Under the pieces are notes generated by a model. The model was not told the DNA's origin and made no database searches. It saw only the letters and a program-made list of their open reading frames with translations. A stretch of DNA of 64,000 nucleotides from Tricharina praecox (Eukaryota). The position numbers and the translations under genes were made by a program. Position 1 is the stretch's first letter, and every line of letters starts with the position of its first letter. Below, piece after piece: positions 38,167 to 51,420 of this stretch. The DNA lies in NCBI RefSeq assembly GCF_024521635.1, contig NW_026250448.1, positions 62,001-126,000 on the forward strand. The letters are read 5' to 3'.

Positions 38167-38804
38167 GTCTCCTGGAGCTTACAGGAGATGACAGGCAGCG
38201 GATGATGTTCTGAGGTCACAGAGAATTGGGGAGTGGCGGGGGTGCGGGGGTGCGGGGGGTTTTGGCAGAATTCGTTGCTTCGGGCTTGGACTTCTTAATG
38301 CTAGTCTTTTATGCTCTATCAGGACTCTCTAAACCTCTCTAAATAGATAACATTGTTGGTGTACCTAAACTCTCGTCACCGAACATACGCTGCGATTGAG
38401 TGGTCGGTTATCTCCAGATCCATTGGACTTTTTTTATTCTCGTGTGCGTTGCGACGCGTAGATCTGCGTTGACCTGTCCGTCCTGGCTCTTACGATAGAG
38501 TCTTTGCGGCTAATTCTCCGGCTGGCAGCTGGTATGCCCAACGGCGGTGGTGAGGTATCGTGAATGCACGCGGTCTTCCCTACACGTGAGGCGCCACACC
38601 AACGCCACAACTTCACGCCACCGATGAGATAGGTGACACATTATGACCGCGTGTGGGGAATTACTACACGAGATAGAATCGAGCACTTCCAATGTCCCTG
38701 AGTTCAATATTGTTTCGAATCTATGAAGTCACAAGCCACCAGTTTCAGGCGCATCCCTGAAGCCCTACTACCAACCCTCCTGGTCATCCGTCTACTAGCC
38801 GGAC

Positions 38805-40907
38805 CTACTTCAAGCCTCGCAATTGCATCCACTCATCGACAATTCTTCGATAATGACTGGCCTGATACGGTAGAAAGAAGTCCTTCAACACGCTCTTGAT
38901 CCGCCGCGGCTGCACACCCAACTGCATCAGCAGCGCATCAATCTTCTAATAATCACCGCATTAATTAGCTGGCTCGAACCCCGTCAGGTGCTCGCTTCGG
39001 AACATACCGGCAACCACTCAAAGAGAGCGTACGTTCCATACACACCCGCGACCGTGTATCGTCGCCGACCGAAGGCGACGCGTATCGCAATTTCCCATTC
39101 GATTTCTGCTTGGGATACCCCGAGCTCGTCGAGTGATAGGTTGTCGGTGAGCCATGCGACACCCCAGAGCGCCGACGGGCCGGAAAAACTGTCGCGGGTA
39201 TCAGCTGCGGAGTACTTGATCGGGCATGGGAGTGGGGTTAACTATGTACGTACATGGCAGTACTCGCGACTCCAACTGCGCCGGCAAACACCAGCGATCG
39301 GTCGTTTTTCCGCGCTAGCTCCGGCGGCAGGATATCCTTGTAGAGGCGGCACGGCGCGTTCTTCACCGGCTTATTATTCGGCATCGGCGGATTCGCGAGC
39401 CGCGGGAACAACCGAACGACCTCCTGGTCAGCCAACATGTCGAGATTATCCCACTTCTCCCTGAGATGCGGCGGATACGTCGCAAGATCCGTCACTACGC
39501 CGAGCTCGGCCGCGAGCTCGGGGGAGTATATCGGCTCGCTCTTATTGTATCCCGTCGCGAACACGACGGCGTCGGTGTGGAGTCGTTCACCGTCCGAAAG
39601 GACCACATACGTGCCCTCCAGTGCGGTGATCTCCGACCGGATCACTTTCACCTTCTCGCCGCTGTGGATGAAGGCGATACTTTCGGGCTGGTTGGTAATC
39701 GAGGCTAAGAAGACGCCGTTGGCAACATGTTAGCGGCTCCGACTATCCGTGATAATGGACCTGGTGATATGAAGTTGCACATACTCGGTACATTCACCCA
39801 GAAAGCACTGAAGAGGCTGCGTGTTAGAAACATGCGACCCTGTACATAGTCCGTGGGAAAAGATGTGAACGCACGCATGGTCGACGTTCTTCGGCCTAAG
39901 CCTAGCCATATTCTCGCTCTTATCATATCCCGCGTACGCCATGAGAATGCTGCTGAGCCAACCCCAGTACTTCCAGTGCAGCCAGTATCCAAGGCCACTC
40001 CCGGAATGCAAGAACCGATACCACCAGCCTTCGCAACTATCCAGCTGCGGCTGCAGCATCGCTCCCATGCGCGAGGAGATGACGTCGTTAGTGTTCCTTC
40101 CGAGAATGTCTGCCGCTAACTGCGGCGCCGCGCCGTTGCCGACCGAGTCCGGCCGGATGATCCAGTTCACCTGTTTCCCGTTCTTGACGCACATGTACAT
40201 GGCGTCAATCGCGGACTTTCCCCCGCCGTAGATGGTGATCGTGCTGACCTCCGGAGAGGTCAGCCACGCGTAGTGGGCGCCGAGCTCGCGCGTGTGAAAA
40301 GCCGGGGGCTCGAAGCCGGTTGTGTCGAGCTCGGGAAGCGACGGATTCGAAGTGAGTCCGGTTCCGACGATGACCTTGTCGAAGGTCGAGGGCGCAGTAT
40401 CCCCCTGAATCCATATATTCCATCCGCCCCCCGTGGCACGCTCGAGCTTAGTCACTTTGGCGTTGAACCGGATGCGCTCCTTGATGCCAAACCTTACGGC
40501 GTACTGCTCCATGTGCTCCTGCAGCTTTTCGGCGGGGATGAAGGTCGTGTGCGGATCGGCTACGCCGGTCGTGTCCATCGGGAAGTCGGAGTACTCATAC
40601 ACGCCGTATTTCTGCTGTGCCCGGAGTGTCGGATAGATTCGTCGCCGGCTCCAAGTCCCGCCGAGCGAATCTTCCGCTTCGAGGACCGTGAGTGAGATTG
40701 TAGGATCCACTTGGAGGTATCTAGGATAGGACGTTAGCCGTCGGGATATGAACCGCGGGAAGCTGTGCGATCTCACGTTTTGGCGGCCTCGAGGCCGTAG
40801 AAGCCTGTGTCCGACGGTTTTGTTAGCTACTGCTACTGACTTGGCTCGGGGTCGGTGTTACCTGCGCCAATCACGCAGACTCTGGTCGTCTTGTTGTCGA
40901 TTGCCAT
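38805..40907 (-). CDS. Flavin-containing monooxygenase (FMO-like, class B FAD/NADPH), multi-exon
   Basis: Spliced N-terminus MAIDNKTTRVCVIGAG|FYGLEAAKT|YLQ (FAD GxGxxG), LGGTW, FMO-like FEPPAFHTREL, YGGGKSAID (NADPH), FATGY; last exon ends LRGLK* at 38805. Confidence 0.88.
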
Positions 40908-42483
40908 CGCCGTCTGCTGGTAATAGTTATTTCTCACTCAACAGCGTAGACAAGGCGGATGGCCCGTTTATATATAATACCAGAGACGAAGACGGCCACA
41001 TCATACCTTCGAATCGGACATCCTTATCAGGCATCCCGTACGGGATTCAGGCTACCAACAAAGTACATCGCGTGGTACATACCTCGGAATAAATGCCAGT
41101 TTTGGTGGCTTTGTAACCAATGACGGGGCCACCCGACGACATATAGACTACTTACCTACTAGCGCACCGATCGACCGACGTCTGCAGTGCCAGCCCAGCG
41201 TACCGGGATGTCCGTTCCCAAGATGACGAGAAATACGAGTTGCCTCGCCCCGGTGAGCATAAATAAAACGAGCACTAAATTGATGATTCTTGCACCACAG
41301 GTGTCCAGGGACCGCGGCTGCCAATACGGTGTCCAGTAAGTCTTTGGGGTTCGCTAACACGGATGGTATTTCTCCGGCTGGCTGTGTGGGTTGCACGGTT
41401 GTATATAAGACCACGATGGCCGTGAGACACGGCTGCTTTTCATGACAGTGTCAAACGTACTCCAGCTAAGCTCTCACGGTACAAATCTTCCGATCTGCAC
41501 AGAACTCTCCAACACATCACTTTCCCCGGCGTGCTTACACCCACAAATTTCCATTCCCCGTGCCTAGTATTCCCACCACTGTCTCTTCCCCAGCTCCACC
41601 TTCACCCCATTTCCCGTGGACTGCATTCCATGCATTTACATATCACTTGTTTGTTTTTCCAAATCCCATGGCATAAACTGTCCTGGCTACGAGTATATAA
41701 AACTGTCTGTTCAACAAGGAAAACTCTAAACCAATGCCGGTGGCCACCGGGCTACCGTAATACCGGTAATCTAGGTAATCAGCACAGCACGCTGATGTTG
41801 GCAGGTGCCTATAGGCATCTGTGGGCACCAGAAAGCACCAGTAAGCACCTGTGGGCACCGTTGGGTATCCAGGCGTTTGATTCTCCCGACCGAACGGATG
41901 ATTAACAGTTACCTGTAGGGTATCCGGTCGCTTCATCCCCCCCTCTGACCAACGGACGATCCCCCACCCTACCCACCCTGACCGTGTCAGCAATCGCCGC
42001 AGGGCATCCAGTATCCGTAAGCCACCATGTGGAACGGCTTGATTAATAGTGGGGGCGGAGACTCGGTTTCTCCAGCATCTCTGGCAGGTTTGATGGGCAC
42101 TGGAGCGATGGAAGACCGTTTCTATTCTAAAGCTTTATTCACTCTAGCGGCGCGACATTTGTGGCAATGAACGCGGAACGAACCACGCAGGAAGTATGTA
42201 GGTTGGATTTGCCTTTCCAGGCGGGCGACGGGTCACAACTAGAATCGGTACTGGCCCGAACGATCAATGCCGGGTCGTTGTGGTAACTACTGGCAGATTG
42301 GATCGGCACTGGTGTTATCACGTGCACACGCGTGTATATTGTCTAGATGTATGTGGACTTGGCGGAGCTCTCCCGCCGCACGTAGGGGACGTTTAGCGGA
42401 AAGCGGGAGCTTTGTATAAATATCTGTTTCATGCGTGGTAGAAACCGATAGATATTGAATTCAGTCAACAGTAGTTCTATTCC

Positions 42484-43827
42484 TCACATAGCTATCCCAA
42501 TCTTACGCCGTCGCCACCCAGTGCCTTTCGGATTCCCATACCCATCACGAGGACGTCCTGCCTCACCGCTCGTCTCCAAAAACTTATCCGCCGTCTTAGT
42601 CAATGATTCCACCAAAACGCCGACACGAACACGCGGCCGTGACCTTTCTCTGCGGCTCCGCCCTCCTTGCTCGTATGAATGCCATTTCGGTTCCGGCCTT
42701 CGCAAGATGGCGATGGGCTCTTCCTCCACGCCACCCGAGTGCATGCGTCGCGAGCTACTGCGGTAGTTGCCGAGATCGCCGTCGTAGTGGTCGCCGTCGT
42801 TGCCGCCGTGCCAGTGCCTCGTTCTAGGCCCACGCAGGATCTCAACGCGCGGTTCATCGGCGGTGCCCGAGTGAAATCGTGCGGACGAGCTGCGGTGGGG
42901 ATGGCCGTCGTCGTACCGCTCGTCTCGGTAGTTCTGGCTGTCTGGACGGTACAGGTGGCTGTGGACCGGTGCGCGCAGGATCGCGACCGGCGTTTCGTCG
43001 ACGTCGCGGGAGTGCATGCGTCTCGAGTCGCTTCGGCGCGTGTGGGGATGGTGCGTCTCGCTCCCGCCATCCCTGTAACCGTGCGTCTGAGAGTAGTACG
43101 CGTCGCGCTGCGTGGGTGTTCGTAGGATCTCGACCCGTTCTGCATCGCGGTACTGCGAGGACCAGGGTCGTGAGTCCTGTGTGGGGTGGTGCGGGTCTAC
43201 TCCGTCGTCGTGGTCTTCATTGACATCTGTGAGCGGGTGGCGGCGAGATGTGTATGTATGATGGTGGTGCAGTGCCGGCCCCCGCTGGATCGCGATGGTC
43301 TCCCCGTCCGTGTAGTCCCAACGCCGACGAGCAGCCGAGGAAACGCGGTAGTGATGTTCGTCCAGCTCCACGTCGCGAGTGTGCGATGGCAACGGCCATT
43401 CCCGCCTCATGTGATCCGGCTGCCGGTAAGCGAGGTCGTCGCCGGTCCGCGCATACTCCCAAACGCTATCATTGTCGTCGTAGTCCTCATAGTCGTCGTC
43501 GTCGTCGTCCGAATATGAGCCCTCAGAGTATTCCTCCATATCCTCCCCGTCTACGGGATATCTCTGTCCGCCCGGTGTCCCAACCTGAATGGGCCGGCGA
43601 TCTGCGTATCTGTGTTCGGTGGCGGTAACGTTGTACGCGTACGGAACGGTGGATGCTGGCTGGCGCCGTCCCTCTTCTCTGTCCTGGTGCACTGGAAGCT
43701 CCTATTCCGGCGGGACTTGGGTGAGTACTGCAATCACATTTTCAAGCTAGTTGCGGGGCGTGAACGGACGACTTACTGGCTCGAAAACAGAGACGTACTG
43801 GACTTGCGGCGGCACTTGAGAAAACAT
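42484..43827 (-). CDS. His/Arg/Asp-rich low-complexity protein with five [VI]x[I][LQ]RxP repeats (P1), 2 exons
   Basis: Exon 1 43827-43777 (MFSQVPPQVQYVSVFEP|gtaagt), acceptor aatag, exon 2 43701-42484 open. Paralog at 45163-46487. Confidence 0.72.
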
Positions 43828-44272
43828 CGGAGCGGTTGGATTCACACTACCTACTATAGAAGATGCGAACTCGAGGGAGATGAAGGGTTTATGTCTATTT
43901 CCTCATCTAACTACCGATTCGTCAACCGGGCTGTGTTTCTGGGGTTATGTGTCTGCATGCAATACCCCCGCATCATCAGCCACGGCTGTACGGCTTCATG
44001 GCTGAGTGCTTTATACATATACGGGCGACTATTTTCAAGCGATAGCTGTCCTGTCGGCGGTTGCAGGGGGCTGTGTGTGCACTCGAGGCAGCTGTAAGGT
44101 GGTGCCGTGGGACACATCTTGAACTGACGTCTTGTGGGCACTTGTCGATCCTTGCCTGCGGACTTTGGACGGGATACTCTGCTAATTGGGAACGCTATCT
44201 AGTGCACACTAACCACTCAAAGGAATTAGCACTGCCACACCCTCACTCCCACCATACCATTTTAAGGCATCA

Positions 44273-44329
44273 CTTGGCGCGCTGACTGACTCTTGGCGCG
44301 CTGACTGACTCTTGGCGCGCTGACTGACT
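44273..44329. repeat. 19-bp tandem repeat x3 (CTTGGCGCGCTGACTGACT)
   Basis: Direct reading. Confidence 0.9.
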
Positions 44330-45162
44330 CCGCGCGCTGTGTGGCAATGGAACATCAGTTGATTAGGTTGGGGAGGCAGAAGCTCATGAAGAATCGTGGG
44401 AATGGTATATGCAGAGCTTTGCAGTGCACCATACAAATATCAAGTGAACCGAAATCACGAAAACCATAACGGAGAATAACAAGGAGTCTGATCGCTGGTC
44501 AAAGATATCCACACGGCATAGTGGGCGCGCTCTCGACAGACTCAGTTGACATGTCCTGAGCAGCAGACTTGGTGGACGCGGTCGTGGCAGACTTAGTGGG
44601 CGCATTCTTGCCAGGCTCGGCGGGCGCGCTCTCATCGCGCATTGAAAAAGATGCGTGTTCCAATTGAACCAGTAGTAGCCAGGAGAAGCAAGCGACTGGA
44701 AGCAGTAGGTAGGCAGCATGTGGTTGTAGAGGTGCTGCCTCACATTAGCAATACTGAGGATGATAACGTTATTGAAGTCTGTTGGAACGCATTGGTCTGA
44801 AGTTGGATGCTCTGCATGTGTAGAAACATTACGATGATTTTGCGCTAGTAACTTTTATACTGACCAAGCGCCAAGCGCCCGAAAAGCGGTATGTAACGGC
44901 ACAAGCCAGTTAGAAAGCGAGTCAAGACCGTATGTAGAGTAACAGCGCTCACTGTTCTCACTGGGCGGACGGTTACATATCCGAGATACGGTAGTTTGTA
45001 TGCTTGCGCACAACATAATGAGGCGAAATTCAAAAACTTCCTCACACAAAATGCTCGTCCAAAAGTCACTCATACTAATTAACCACGACCATTATTTTGA
45101 TTTGACACTAGGGTGACCTTGAAGGGCAGCTCTACCTTTCCCCAGCGCAATTTTAATTTTAG

Positions 45163-46487
45163 CTATTGATGTGGTGGAGAAAAGCCGGGAGTCAAAATGG
45201 GTCGCAAAGGTGTCGGTTTAAGGAGTCTCCAACCATGTGACTGCCATTTCGGTTCCGGCCGCCGCAGGATCGCGACGGGCTCTTCCCCCACGCAACCCGA
45301 GTGCGTGCGGTTGTTATGGTCGCCGTCGTTGCCACCGTGCCAATGCGTCGTTCTCGGCCCGCGCAGGATCTGAACGCGCGGTTCATCAGCGGTGCCCGAG
45401 TGATTTCGTGCGAACGAGCTGCGGTCGTCGTCGTACCGGTCGTCTCGGTAGTTCTGGCTGTTTGGACGGTACCGGTGGCTGTGCACCGGCACGCGTAGGA
45501 TCGCGACCGGCCCCTCGTTCACGTCACCGGAGTGCGTGCGTATCGAGTCGCTCCGGCGCGTGTGGGGATGATCCGTCTCACTCCCGCCTTCCCTGTAACC
45601 ATGCCTCCAAGAGTTGTACGCGTCGCGCGGCCAGGGCGTTCGCAGGATCTCGACCCGTTCTGCATCGCGGTGCCGCGAGGACCGTAGTCGCGAGTCCAGC
45701 GGGCGGTGGTGCGGGTCTGGTCCGTCGTTGTTGTCTTCATTGACATCTGGGAACGGGTGGTGGAGCAATGTGTATGCATGATGGTGGTGTTGTGTTGGCC
45801 CGCGCTGGATCGCGATCGTCTCTCCGTCGGCGTCCGCGTACTCCCCGCCATTCCGCGCAGCCGACGAAACTCGGTAGTGGCGTTCATCTGGGTCCACGTC
45901 GCGACTGTGCGATGGTGTCGGCATCAGCGTCGGCGTTCTCCGCGTCACGGGACGCGGCATCCAGTAAGAGAACTTGTCGCCGACCCGCACATACGCCCAA
46001 ACGCTATCATTGTCGTCGTAGTCCACATAATCGTCGTCGTCCTGAAAAAAAGTCCTCAGAGTATTCCTCCGTATTCTCCCTGTCTGCGGGATTTCTCTGC
46101 CCGCCCGGTGTCCAAACCCGACTGGGCCGGCGCTCATTCCAGCCTCGCCCCTCATGCGTCCCGTAGGGCGAGCCGTAACTCCGCACTCCGGGGTCGTATC
46201 CTGGAGGGCGGTAAGGATCCGGCCGTGAACCATCGCTGGTGTCGGGCAGTCGCTCTCCGTATCTGAGTTCGACGGCGGTATTGTCGTGTGGAACAGTGTG
46301 TGCAGGCTGGCGCCGTCGTACTCCTCCGTCGTGGCCAACAGGAAGTTCCTATTCCGACGGGGACTTGGTGAGTACTACTAGATCTCAACTTGGGCGTACG
46401 ATAGAACAGACGACTTACTGGCTCGAAAATAAGGATATACAGGACTTGCGGCGGCACTTGAGAAAAAATCGGAGCGGTTGGAATCAT
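45163..46487 (-). pseudogene. Tandem duplicate of P1 (P2), frameshifted or degenerating
   Basis: The ATG homologous to P1 is ATT (new in-frame ATG at 46487). The P1-homologous frame (ELPVGHD..TPGGQR..EEYSE) shifts by one base at or next to the T7 run (46045-46051) before DDDDY..VW; the C-terminus is diverged. Confidence 0.6.
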
Positions 46488-47001
46488 ACTTGTTACCTAG
46501 ACGATGCGGACTCGAAGGGCAGGATGGGTTTATGTATATTTCCTCTATCTATGGACACGTCAACCGGGCTGTGTGTCTGCATGCATTATCCTCGCTCATC
46601 AGCCACGGCTGTACGGACGACTATGTTTAAGCGATAACTGTCCTGTCGGTACAGGGAGCTGTGCGCACTCTAGGCAGCCGTGACTACCCACTAACTACCT
46701 AGTTGGAGCCAATAGGGAGGCAGTGTTCATATTATTCTTCACCCCCACACCATCAACTAACGTGCGTAGGATCACCGTGGCTGAGGGAAGGTTCCACTTG
46801 TATGTAGGTGCACTGCTAGTACGCTGAGACAGGGACACCCCGCTCGACTTCATCCCTGTCCCCAGCCTCCGTGGTCCCTGAGCCGGAGCCTCAAGTTCAT
46901 CACGTACATATAACGAAGCACCGCGCCTTGTGATTCGTCAATGGTTTCGGTCCGAGTCTGTAGCTTTAGGTGGCTAGATACAAACAAACGTCGCCGACAC
47001 G

Positions 47002-49366
47002 ATGCAAGCATCACAACAGCTTCAGGTACCAACCAACGTCGCCGACACGACGCAAGCCTCGCAACATCTCCGACCGCCGACGGCAACGGATGGTGAACCA
47101 GCTAGGCCGCACTCCCGCAATCGCTCGCGACGGTCTTCAGCATCATCGCCTGCTGGCGGTAGGCCCAGGTCGCGCAACCGGTCCCGCGACTCGAGATTGC
47201 CGCCTTCGTCGACGGCAACGCCGCCGTGGCCGACGTCTCGCAGTCGTGTACTGAGCCCAGCCGCGCGCAAATGGACTACCACTCGGATTTTGATCAAGGA
47301 GCCCCAGAATCGATGGCCGTTTGCGTTGAAGACGCACATGCCCGAATTGTGCGAGATATCTCTCCTTTTTTTTTCCCGCCTGGTGCTACTCGGAGGCTAA
47401 TTCGTCGTGCTCGTAGGGACGATGTTGATCAGTTAAGAAGCGCAATGCGGGGTCAGCAGGGACGCGGCCTCTGGTTGTTCGGAAAGGAGACTGGTGTTGC
47501 CGTCGTCCGAACCCTTCCGGACGATACTATCGAGGCCAGCTTCCGCGGAGCGCGGGGACTCATGAAATGTTTCGAGTCTGTGAGTGTCATGAATGTCTGG
47601 GAATCCTCCGATAACTATGGAGAGACTGACGGGCGGAGGGGGGCAATGATTAGACTGCACCAAAGTTCGAACTCTTGTACGCATTCCCCCACCCTCGAAA
47701 ACACCATAATCTTGGCGATCATTCGATTCGCCGCTCACCCGACGCTGTGAATGCTAAGATGTTGCCTTTCCCGCAGCTACATCACCATGACCGCGCAAGG
47801 AAGACTCCGTATAGAAGTCGATATCTTCAAGCGACTCGCATTGTGTTACGAGCTACCGGTGGCTTTCATCAAGATGCTGATCGGCCACAGCCGGCAGCCG
47901 CCTCATGCTGGCTTCGGAAGCAGGTTGCAGCCCGTCGGACCGGCAGGCGACCTGATACAAGGTATGTACCTACCTTGCCTGTGCGCGGAGAAAAAACAGC
48001 ACGAGTCGAGTGAAAATACCCCTCCCCTGGGGGAATTAACGTCTCTAGACTTCTGGTACACACTCCCGATCCGTCTTCCAATGGCGTGCACCGACCCGGA
48101 GAACGCGCACCGAGACTGGCACACGGGGATCTACCAGATCAACGCATTCAACCACCTGCACCTTCACAAGCAGAAATCCGACCTCCGTCACTTCGATCTC
48201 GTCATCCTCTCGCGGCACGACCTGGCCAACAAGAAGTCCACCGTCATCTGCGTCAACCTGCATTCGCGCACTCCCGGCCCGATCGAAGTCATACAGCAAC
48301 GCGTCCTCCGTGCCCTTGAAGACGGCGGTACACAGATGATCGACCGCAATCCGCTGTGGGCTAATGTCGTGTATATCGATCAGGTGCTGGAGTGGTGGAA
48401 GGTTACGTTCGAGTTCTACGCCGCGGAGCTGAATACCTATGTATGTGCGACCTAGAAAGACGCGCAATAGCGGGAGAAGCTGATGCTGCTGAGGTAAACA
48501 GGAGAAGCAGATCGAAGACAAGATGACTGCGCAAGCCAAGCCCAAGCCGCGACCGCCACCAACCGGCAAAACACCACAGATGCTGGCGGACGAGATGTTG
48601 GAAAAGACGCGGATATCGACGGAAATGCTGGAGACGAATCGCGCGCTGCACGCCATGGCATCCCACTGCTTGCGCTACAAGACGGAGCTCGTCACCGTCG
48701 CGACCGTCGTCGTGGCTGTCATGGAGCAGCATGAGGAGATATCCGAACAGCTAAAGCTTGGACAGTTCGAGAGGGATAGGGTCAGGAGGGCGTTGAAGCA
48801 ACAGCTCGCCGAGGTCACCGCCATCACACGGTCGCAGGAGGAGTTGGCGAAGAAGACGGAGAATACGCTAGCGTTGGTTAGTCATCAACTCACGCCCTCG
48901 CCGGTCTTTCTGTTTGTTGCGCGCTCATCAAGGTCTTGAAACCAGTTATTCCACTCCGTCCAAGCCGACTACGACCAGCAACAGATCGTCAACGGCGACG
49001 AGCTGCAAAAGATCTCTCTCGCCAGCCAGGACGAGGTGAAGCAGACGCGAAAGGACAGTCTCGCGATGAAGACCATTGCCGTGATGACAATGTTTTTTCT
49101 TCCGGGGACGAGTATCGCCGTAAGTCCTTCCACCGTTTCCGCCACCATCTTTCTTCGTACACCCGAGTGTTGACTGTTATGTAAAGGCTATTCTGGCGCT
49201 ACCGTACTTCCAGAGCACGGTAGCCCACAGGACGCTGTGGCTGTGGGCAGTGCTGGCAGCAGCGATGACTGGCATCGTCCTCGGTCTCTACCATCTGCTC
49301 TCGAAGGGCGCGTCTGAGCGGCACAGGAAGGAGAATGCGGTTGTGGATCCGGAGAAACAGGAGTGA
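47002..49366 (+). CDS. CorA-like C-terminal membrane protein, subfamily 2 copy C (multi-exon)
   Basis: Spliced ..WPFALKTHMPEL|DDVDQ..TAPKFELF|YITMT..FWYTLPIRL..MIDRNPLW..helical stalk..MKTIAVMTMFFLPGTSIA|AILALPYF..LWLWAVLAAAMTGIVLGLY..TGA at 49364-49366. Start codon uncertain. Confidence 0.8.
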
Positions 49367-49962
49367 TGCGTGTATTTGAGTGTACTACCTACATACTAGT
49401 CTAGTGGGATTTGACAAGTGGCATGTGGCGTGAATCTGCAACGTCCACGATTATGTGTTGCGCAGTTGTATGGAAACACTGTAGTCGCGCTTAGTAGTCG
49501 TCCCGACGGATCCGAGACTCGGGTGAGTCGAGAATACATACCCGCATTGAGTTTCACCGGTTGATGGATCTGAGAGATTGGGCCCAGCTATAGTAAACCT
49601 AACCCTCACAGACCTCGTACCAAATCTCCATCCTGATTCCGGAAACCCACATTCATGACTCAAAGTATGACGGTGGGCCGGCAAGGTGAGAACGCATACC
49701 CTTTAGGGCGCCTAATGGACTGGGACACTAGTGCGACGGTTCGATTGCGCGTGTTTTTCTTTATTATGTACCAGAAGTTCATGCTCTTCATGCTCTGTCA
49801 CCCGCTCCCAGTCCGTCGGCAACCAGTTCCACCCGAACCCGGATCGGACAGTGGCGAGGAAACGGAGTGTGTACTTATATTGCCATGATCTACTTAGGTC
49901 GCAAGCAATCACTGATCAAACAAAAACAAAGCTCCACCCGAACCCATGTCAAGCCGCCCTTC

Positions 49963-51296
49963 CTATACATCTACGCATGGGCCTTTCCCATGCGGTTCGA
50001 ATGGTAGCGACTCATCATAGATGTCGTCGTCTTCGTCCACCTGTCATGACGGTTACATGTATGAGCGTCGACGGGAACCCTCGGAGGATGTGAATTTCAA
50101 TGCGAACTTACGTCTTCATAGAGACCTCCGAGCATAAGTTTTCGCAGCTGTTTGACGTTATTAATATATGTCGACTTCAGAAGGAAAAAGATGCCGCTTA
50201 CCACGTCCCAGTGCGACCGTCCGTTAGTGCTGATATCGATATCGTCCAGGTGAGAGTCGACTAGATCCTGCAGTCAGCAGCGGTATGTTCACAAGGGTTT
50301 CACATCTGCTAATTCATCCTGTACCCGGAAGACAGTCGATCCACGCGCCCAGTTTGTCGTCATCGTCCAGGGCCTCGATCAGCGTCTTAGCCGCCGGATC
50401 GTCTCCGATGCGTGCAAACATGAATGCAACGGCTATTAAAGATGTCAGATTGGAGGAGACGCTAGACGGGAGAAAGAAAACCGGCGGCTCACAGTCAACC
50501 GTCCTTTCGGAATCGTTGTCCAACTTTGCGAGACAGTTGTTGATGTTCCTCTTCAGCACCCCCTGCTTCTCGCCCTCAATCTGGAAACCGAATCAGCATG
50601 ATGGCCGCAGGCCGCGCGGTAGTACAGCACCGTGGTTGTGAGGCTTACATCGCCGTCGGTAATGATCATTGTAAGCAGCGGCTTGCGCATGGGAGTTTGT
50701 GGTTCGAGGACGAACGGTTTCAAGATTTTGTTCTGCAGCTCCGTGCCCGTCATAGTGACTCCGTCGTACTGGATCTCTGCGTGAAGCCCAGCAACGTCTG
50801 CCTTCTTAATATCTTTGCGCCCCGTCGGGTTATTGAGAAATCGGACGGAGACGATGCCCTCCTCCCGTGCTAGCTCGTAGACATCGGCAATCGCCTCCAA
50901 AACCTTCTTCAGCATATCTTTTCGATTGCCGCCGTCTTCGTACTCCATCGAGCTGCTATCATCTATATTGGGGCACGGGGGATTAGGCCGATTTCCCTCC
51001 ATTCCACCAATCCACCAATCCAGCATTCCAGCATTCCAGCCTCGCCTGGCCGTGAGTCGGAGTCGTCACCCACCAAGGAGAATGACCAGATCATAGAGTG
51101 CCAGAACTGCAAACTGCTCGGCGATCTCCCGCGGACACGCCCGATCGACCAGCGTCTCGACCATGTCCGCCCCGCGCTGCGAATACTCGTCAAAATTGTA
51201 GTCTGGGAAGAACTGCACCAGTCCCGGCTTCTGCCGCTCGACGAACAGCTTCAGCTTCGACGAGAACTTGTCTGCGTGCATTCGAGAGGCTGCCAT
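49963..51296 (-). CDS. vWA-domain protein vWA8, 7 exons
   Basis: MAASRMHADKF..QFAVLALYDLVILL|DDSSSM..GVTMTGT..ITDGD|IEGEK..|AVAFMFARIG..WIDCLP|..|LRKLMLGGLYED|VDEDDDIYDE..stop at 49963. Confidence 0.86.
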
Positions 51297-51408
51297 CGCG
51301 TGGAATTGAATGTGTGGGAGCTTTGGGCTGCGAGATGCGGGACGGGGGGCGATGCGGCGTGTGGGGCGATCTTCTAGTATTAACTATTAGACAGGGCGGT
51401 CCGCTAAC

Positions 51409-51420
51409 CCCACTTAAGTA
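51409..51420 (-). promoter_or_regulatory. TACTTAAGTGGG motif of vWA8 (minus strand)
   Basis: Plus-strand CCCACTTAAGTA, 124 bp upstream of the minus-strand ATG 51296; it flips with gene orientation. Confidence 0.62.

Noticed and set aside
41447..42102. Possible TIR element bounded by CAGTG..TCAAAC / GTTTGA..CACTG with internal GGCACC repeats
   Set aside because: The inverted match needs gaps, and there is no target-site duplication or second copy in the window; too weak to call.
46045..46338. N-terminus MATTEEYDG.. of the listed 391-aa ORF as a real protein start
   Set aside because: It starts at TTG and is out of frame with the P1-homologous sequence upstream of the T7 run.
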